In this document: piece by piece, positions 57,666 to 64,000 of the stretch | Position numbering within the stretch: the first letter of the stretch is position 1 | How the letters are laid out: every line of letters starts with the position of its first letter | Origin: Dudresnaya verticillata | Taxonomy: Eukaryota | Length of the DNA: 64,000 nucleotides | Assembly: GCA_977862235.1 (NCBI GenBank) | Contig: OZ374562.1 | Coordinates: forward strand, 1,426,001 to 1,490,000 | Direction of reading: 5' to 3' | Made by a program: the position numbers and the translations under genes | The notes under the pieces: model-generated | What the model was told of the DNA's origin: nothing | What the model saw: only the letters and a program-made list of their open reading frames with translations | Database searches by the model: none

Positions 57666-60600
57666 CCGGGGTGTAGTGTTGCAATCAAAGTCGAAGTAGC
57701 TGAGGAACCGGGTGGTTGAGATGAATCGTTCTCCCGCCCTTATACACTTTCAAAAGTGTGCTCAGAAAGCTCTAGGAACCCGCGCCGTTGTTCTATCACG
57801 CTTGGCCATAACAAAACATTTCCAGGGAGTGGTACGGAGATACTCTCGTTACGATGTCTCCCAGAATAGGTGCAACGGTTCTGCTCATGACACTCTCATC
57901 CTGTCAGGATGAACATGCTCTGTGCATGTTGCTATCGTCTTCAGCTAGGAATTTGCGTGCTGTACTCTCGTTAAATCACATGCGCGGCACAACAGGCAGG
58001 TTATGGTACCACCAGTCACTGTATTGCATTGCAAATGTGTTCCGAAGTCTTCAATGGGTATCTGCCAGCCCGAAGAACAATGTGAGAGGCAGGCAACTTC
58101 GTGGCTTTTCCCATTCCCCGTCCTTATTTTCCCTCAGTGTGCACAATTCGAGCGGCTGTGGGTTCAGTGGTTCTGTGAGAATAGGCAGTTTCTGTGCCCA
58201 GAAGATTCCCACACGGAGAGCAAACTGACGATGAACGAAACATCTCAAAAATGTCAATGTAGGCCCCCCATGAATGTTACCGGGACCGTGGTGTAGTACA
58301 TAGTTCTCAGCACTCTCGTACAGAAGTTCAAATATCGATAGACCTGAGCAGAGAGTCGGATTCTTCGGAGAAAGGCTGCAAGCTGTAAACATGGGATTCG
58401 GTACTACTTTACGGTTGTGATAGGAAGGGTACCATACCTGCTAAAAAGTTACGACTCTTTCGTCATGTAACTCAGCACACTACACGTGTATATTTTGAGT
58501 TCCCTGATCGGGTAACAGCTGTTTCCGTAGCAACATGGCCTCGTATCTTTATTTTTAACCCACCCAAGTTGAGACTATTAAAGTTCTTGAACACTGCAAT
58601 AATATTTTTGGAGTAAGCCAACCTTTCACCTTTACCGCCTTTATAAAAATATCGGAGTAAATTCAATACAGTAAAGTCCTCTCTCTCTCTCTCACTCTCT
58701 CTCGTTGTTGTTCCCCCTTCTCTCTCATCGTTCACACATGGCATTCTGAGTGGTCACATCATATGTTTCTTGTAATCAGTTACCACGCACATCTATGTAA
58801 ATCCTTCTCATCGCTTTATGTTGTTCCAAGTACAGCAAGGCCTTATTATGGGTTTAATAGCATATCGAATACTGTATAACAACAATCTCAGGCTAGAGCT
58901 TGCACAGAAGAGAGAAAACTCCACGGGGATAGGGGCAATATGGTCTGTGAATCTGTGGACATGTTGTGTATAAGCTCATATGCTCTCGCTTATGCCTTGT
59001 TGGGACAGAAGGGATGTTCTGAGAGTACTGCTTTCCTATTTCATGGAGAGAAAGGTATGAGAGCACAAACCCGGCACCTCTGTAAATTGTCAGTAGATAT
59101 TTGTCGGTTCCCTCATGCAAGAAAGCGGATGATGACGGGAACACAGAGCACAGTTTTTGAAAAGGGACAAGTATAATAATGGCAAACTAGCGAGGCAATT
59201 GTGAATGCGGAGTGTTGGAGGCACAGCTCCTTGTCATGGTTCGATAAGCTCAGGATTCAAGAGTTGTGAGCAACGTGAAGCGTACAGTACGGTCTGAAAA
59301 CACGAGTCTGGCCTGCTCGGGATCCGTGGATCCATCCATCCACTCTTTCCGAAATTGGGCCTTCGCATATCGCTACCTAGCTCATGGCCATTGCGGCCAC
59401 CGTGTACGGGCATGTACGCAAGAGTGGCTCCGCAGCTTACATCAGATGGGCAATAGTGGAGGAGAGGATGTTGCTTTCAAATATTGTACTCCTCCGTTAC
59501 AGCTGACGGGAACACGCGAAAACAAACACGCAATCTGTGGAATTGCGTAGAGGGCCTTTGAGTCAGGCTCCCAAATGACGAAAGGAGAGAGTGCAACCAC
59601 TCCGAACAGTCCAGAATCAGAAGTTGTAAATCTTCAGCGTATTCAGCATTGTCAATCGATTTTCAATATTGGATGAGAATGCCTCGCTTGGTGTGAAGGA
59701 TGATGATGCCGTCATTGCGACGGAAGGAGTTCGGTGAGAGGCAATGTAGATGTATGAGAGATGCGAACAAGCAACGGCGAGTGACTAGCATGGCGACAAG
59801 ACCTAGGAGAATCACACCCGCTGCTATTGTTAATATGGATGCCCTTCGGAGTCCGGAAGGCCCGGGCGACAGCGAAATAGCAATGCATTGGACACCCAAC
59901 TCGAAAAGATCCGTTATCAAGACCCCAATTCATGTCCGGAAGGTTGAAATGTTGATGCACTCCGAGCATACGGATGGCTCTGTTCCGTGTTCGCGGACGG
60001 TGCACCTCGCGGTCTTGGAATGTGCGAGTAAAACCGTAGTACACCATAATACTCATATTCATAACACTCACGCGTGGACCGGTACTGTGCTGCACCGCCC
60101 CTAGTGGGTAGCCCTGGCTTTTCACGCCGAACCAAATAGTAGCCGTTGGACCTGCAAGTCGTGGTTTGGAGCTTCCACCCTTCATAGCGATATTGCGGAG
60201 CTCTTTTGTCTGCACCTGTATCAACTTCATTGACAAAATGAGTGGACAGTTGTACACTTTATGTTTTTCCAAAAAGCAAGTTTTCCTTTCGAGCGCTTCT
60301 GTCGCGTAGTACCGCGATTACACCACCTAGAGCAAACACAGCAACCACACCGATTATTCAAGCTCGTACCTCGCCCGTTCTCTAGCTTCACCACTGAGCA
60401 ATTTTTTTGAGTGAGCAAATCTGGGCGTAAAACAAACAAACAAACAACGACAAGCACGGCGACCACAGCACCCCCGGTCCACTGGACAGTCCACCAGGGT
60501 CTCGCGAACTGGTCCGGCCCGGCATTGCAGGTCCCGGTCCAAATGCGATTTTGACACTCCGCCTCGCGGTCCATGGCACAAGCGAAACCCGTAGTTACCT

Positions 60601-61394
60601 ACCAGCGTGCACTCGAGCGCGCGAGGACGCCGCACCCCGCCCGCTATCGACGCCGCTCAACCATACCGCGTCGAATGCGCCCTGCCGGGCCCTGCCGGGC
60701 GCATCACCAGCGGGGCAGTTAGGCGAATCGACGCTCCGCCGTCCCTGGTGGTGCTGTCAACTCCTGGATTATTGTTCGTAGCCAATAGAGTGGCAGATTG
60801 CGATTTGAGGAGTGCAGAGGTGGTCAATTCACTAATCAAGGCCCTGGGATACGCGTTGAAGTCGAAACGTGCACGGAGGCGCAGTACGCGGCTGAGAGCG
60901 TCTACCAGCGGATCTAGTCGGAACCCTGCTGCTGCGGATATGAACAGTGGTGAGGAGGACAATGGACTAAGTGGTGGAAACAGGGGCTCTGATTCATTCA
61001 GATTTGCGAGACCGTCGGCGTTGTTGTGTGCGGAGTCGTTCTGGCGATTTTTGATACCATTAGTGACCGTCTAGCAGTACAGTTAGACGGGTCAGTTCAA
61101 AAACCAAATGGGGATGCCAGCTTGGTACGCGAGAGCCGGGAAATCCGGAGAGAAAAGACAAGGCTTCAACTTGCTGCAGATGAGTTCAACATGTCGGAAA
61201 AATTGGGGAAAGCAACTAAGCTTTTGTCAATGCTTCGTGAACATGGCTTCGCTATGACGAAGCAAGATGCCAGCGGCACCGTGAGCGAGGACCTCGATGG
61301 TCATATACATGCTATACTGTAGAAGGAGAAGGTTGGGGTAATTCTTGGAGAGCCTGATGCCCTATCGCGTCGTATTCTGGCAGACTACACTGCG

Positions 61395-61710
61395 ACACTG
61401 AAGTGCGGGTTGGTGTATCCGAGTTTTTCACCGCTGGAGGGCTTATTATTAATGAGCAGGGCTACCTGGAAATCATAATACCTTTTGAGAAGTGGTCAGA
61501 GAAAGACATGCCGGTGGCCTTGCTGACGTAATCGCTCAGCTGCCTATTAGAGCCCTCACATTTCGACAGAGTCGCACGCAGCCACCGCCTCTACTTCAAG
61601 AATCGGATCTTAATGCCTTAATGGATCATCACGGAATTGGGACTGATGCCACAATCGCAGCGCATATCAAGTTGTTGGAACGGCGCTACGTGGAGATGGA
61701 GAACCGTCAG
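61395..61710 (+). pseudogene. TOP3: Internal fragment of DNA topoisomerase III (type IA)
   Basis: [27 protein letters not shown], then after a frameshift [31 protein letters not shown]...RRYV; rest of the gene absent. Confidence 0.8.
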
Positions 61711-61963
61711 AAAGTTGCGCAGCGTCGGCGGCGTTTCAGAGGCATTTTTGGTCCGACCCGGCATGGCGCTTTCAGTCGGCACTTGTAGCAGCAGGAATAC
61801 CTTGAGTTCCTAATGATCAGTTTTCTGTCTATGCAGTAGAACTTGTTACGCAGCTGGAGGATGCGCGGCAAAAGCTGGCAAGTTTTATTTATATTTTGCA
61901 TCTTCGCGCGAACCCAGACGGGCTCACGCCAAGACCGGCGGCGCACGTATTACAAAGCGACCG

Positions 61964-62025
61964 CCTTCCTCCTCCTCCTCCTCCTCCTCCTCCTCCTCCT
62001 CCCCTCCCTCCCCCCCCCCCCCTCC
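61964..62025 (+). repeat. (CCT)n microsatellite plus poly-C
   Basis: Directly visible. Confidence 0.95.
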
Positions 62026-62077
62026 CGCGAGGGAGTCAGAACAGTAAACAGCTTGAGATCACTAAGAGTGTGGTCAG

Positions 62078-62851
62078 TGTAGTATAGACGTCGGGTCGAT
62101 CCGACGTCTGATACTTGCTGGTCCGAAGCCGCCACACAGACCCGTCGATGGGTAGCTGTTGGGGTTGGTAGAGCGGTGTCGGCCGCGTGCGCCCCGCAGG
62201 TGCGGATCGACGGCGTCGATGCCCGAGCGCGCACGGGGCGTACCGTACACGGATAGGCAGCGGCCGGATCCCAGCGTCCCTGTCGAAGGGCGGCACGAAG
62301 CCGACGGAAAGGAAAAGGAAAGGGGAAAGCCTAGCGAGGCAAGGGGAAAAAGGGAAACCGCCCGCTGGCGTAAGGCAAAGGGATCGAACCCGAAAAGGCT
62401 GGGGGCAAGCTTCAGCGCGAGCTGTTGCTTGCCCGGTTTACTGAGCCGTCGATGGCCGACGGTCTTAAATACCCTACACTATGTGCACTACGACTACTTC
62501 TACAGTAGGTGCGCCCCACAACACCAACGCGGGAGGTGTGCGAGCGCGCGCCCATACACGTGTCGACACGTCCGGGTAACGGTTACCCGTGGGCGCGCGC
62601 GGGGCGTAACGGGCAGCGGCCCTCTCAACGGCTCGATGCCGGAGAGCGTCACAGGGGCGCGCCGTGTGCGGCACGGCGCGCGGCCGCTGCCGGCAGCAAT
62701 GCGGTCGACCGCTACTAATTCAACGAAAAAACTAAGGGCACGCTGCCCAACCACGACTCGCCAGCGGGCGTCATCGTGTGCACCATTACAGTGCGGCGCT
62801 GCCAGCATACCTTACAGCCGCTGCTGATAGTGTGCTGACAGCTATACTACA
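62078..62851 (-). mobile_element. 774-bp LTR, probably the 3' LTR of a minus-strand element continuing past the window end
   Basis: Inverted ends TGTAGTATAG (62078) and CTATACTACA (62842-62851); polypurine tract GAGGGGGGGCCG abuts it on the minus strand; related copy at 525-1051. Confidence 0.75.
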
Positions 62852-64000
62852 CGGCCCCCCCTCAAGCGTGAGCGCTCCGCTCACGGCCGTTGAGGTTTCC
62901 CAAGTCAAAAAGTGGGGCACAGTGCGCGCGTGCTTCGCTGGAAACGCACGTGGCGCTCGATGCGCACGTGGCGCTCGATGGGCATAACGGGTTTCGCTGC
63001 CCAAATTTGAAAGGTGCGCACGCGTGTGCTCGCGCGCGGCGCACAAAGCGCACGGACAATGCGATTGGCCGTGCAATTTCTGCGCCGATTTTTCTCGCCC
63101 GAGATCGGCCGCTGCCGTGATCTCGAGGCGTGGCGCACGAGGCGCACGCACGCCCGCGTGCGCACAATGCTAGATTCGCCTTTTGTGCGAGTGTACTGTA
63201 TTCCGCGGCGCTCGACGCGCACGCTTAATGCTACGCACACGGCGCTTGACGTGCCCGTGTGCACGCGGTGCACTGTAGTCCGCGGCGCTCGACGCGCATG
63301 CTCCTTGCGACACACACGGCGCTCGACGCGCCTGACGCCGCGGCGGTCCGTCGTCAGGTCCCCTTCCACTGCCGGAGTAGGAAGTGCACCTTCGCAAATA
63401 ATTCCGCCGCTGCGGTATTGCAACTCGGTGAGGACGCGCCGCTGCGCACTCTTGTTAAAGCCTTTGCGACGCTTGTCGCGGAGACTCATGGCGACCTCGC
63501 CGCTGCGAACGCCATCGCCCTCCGCTACCGCACCGAGCGGGGTGCCCGCCGGGGCCTTAGCGCATCGGCGCAAGGCGACCCCGGAGCAGGGGCGTCGACC
63601 GCCCTCCCCGCCGGGTAAGCGGCCGCTGCCGCTGGCGCCGCTGCGGTGTACCACGCGCCGGGTACCGCGGCGGGCGCTGCTGCGCCAACTCAACCGCGCG
63701 ATGTGGCCGGGTGGCCGCGGCTATGACCCCTCCGCCGCTGGCTTTGCGTCTTCGACGACTGCTCAGCCGGGAGCGGGGGCCGGGGGCAACGCTGCCCAAT
63801 AATGCGATCGACGCATAGTGTTCGCGGGCGCCGCGGCACCCAGCGATTAGAGCGCCGCTGCGCCTTTTAGTCCAGTTACGCCGCTGCGTCTATAGACATG
63901 TTTAAAGGGAAAGGTGTGGGATATGGCTTCGGCCCGCGTCGATGCGAAATTCTTTTGGCGAAGACGATCGCCGGCGCAGCAGCTCACCACGTCGGGACGC

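Noticed and set aside
56845..57699. 284-aa plus-strand ORF and CRISPR-like periodicity
   Set aside because: Antisense of the coding Ser/Thr/Pro array; there are no unique spacers and no cas genes.
58478..58490. CACTAC as a CACTA transposon end
   Set aside because: No matching inverted end or 3-bp TSD found in the window.

Overview
Eukaryotic, intron-poor, transposon-rich DNA, most likely from a red alga (Florideophyceae-like; inferred from an MAF-type plastid transit peptide, short GTAAG...CTAAC...AG introns, PL7 lyases, a galactose sulfotransferase and red-algal-type bZIP genes). Host genes: two PL7 alginate-lyase paralogs on a ~2.6 kb inverted segmental duplication (one arm with an intact GST, the other with a truncated GST), a secreted Cys-repeat protein, a plastid NAD(P)-binding protein, a Gal-3-O-sulfotransferase-like protein and a secreted glucose/sorbosone dehydrogenase with a Ser/Thr/Pro stalk. 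Mobile DNA: a PIF/Harbinger remnant into which a 3.37 kb GC-rich 'Pack'-type TIR element has inserted, carrying parts of two bZIP-family paralogs, the whole unit bracketed by a ~380 bp duplication of host DNA; a complete Copia element; a chromodomain Gypsy element whose 3' LTR holds a nested second Copia; LTR, LINE-like and tRNA-like remnants; and a TOP3 fragment. The most striking find is the nested Copia (24316-31470, minus strand). It carries an extra intact gene with two matrin/JAZ-type zinc fingers whose ATG is created only by splicing a 79-nt intron, followed by an A-rich spacer before gag, a -1 frameshift signal, and a 10-bp palindrome in place of a tRNA primer-binding site. The host Gypsy has the same kind of palindrome. 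All identities and counts are by eye; no database searches were run.
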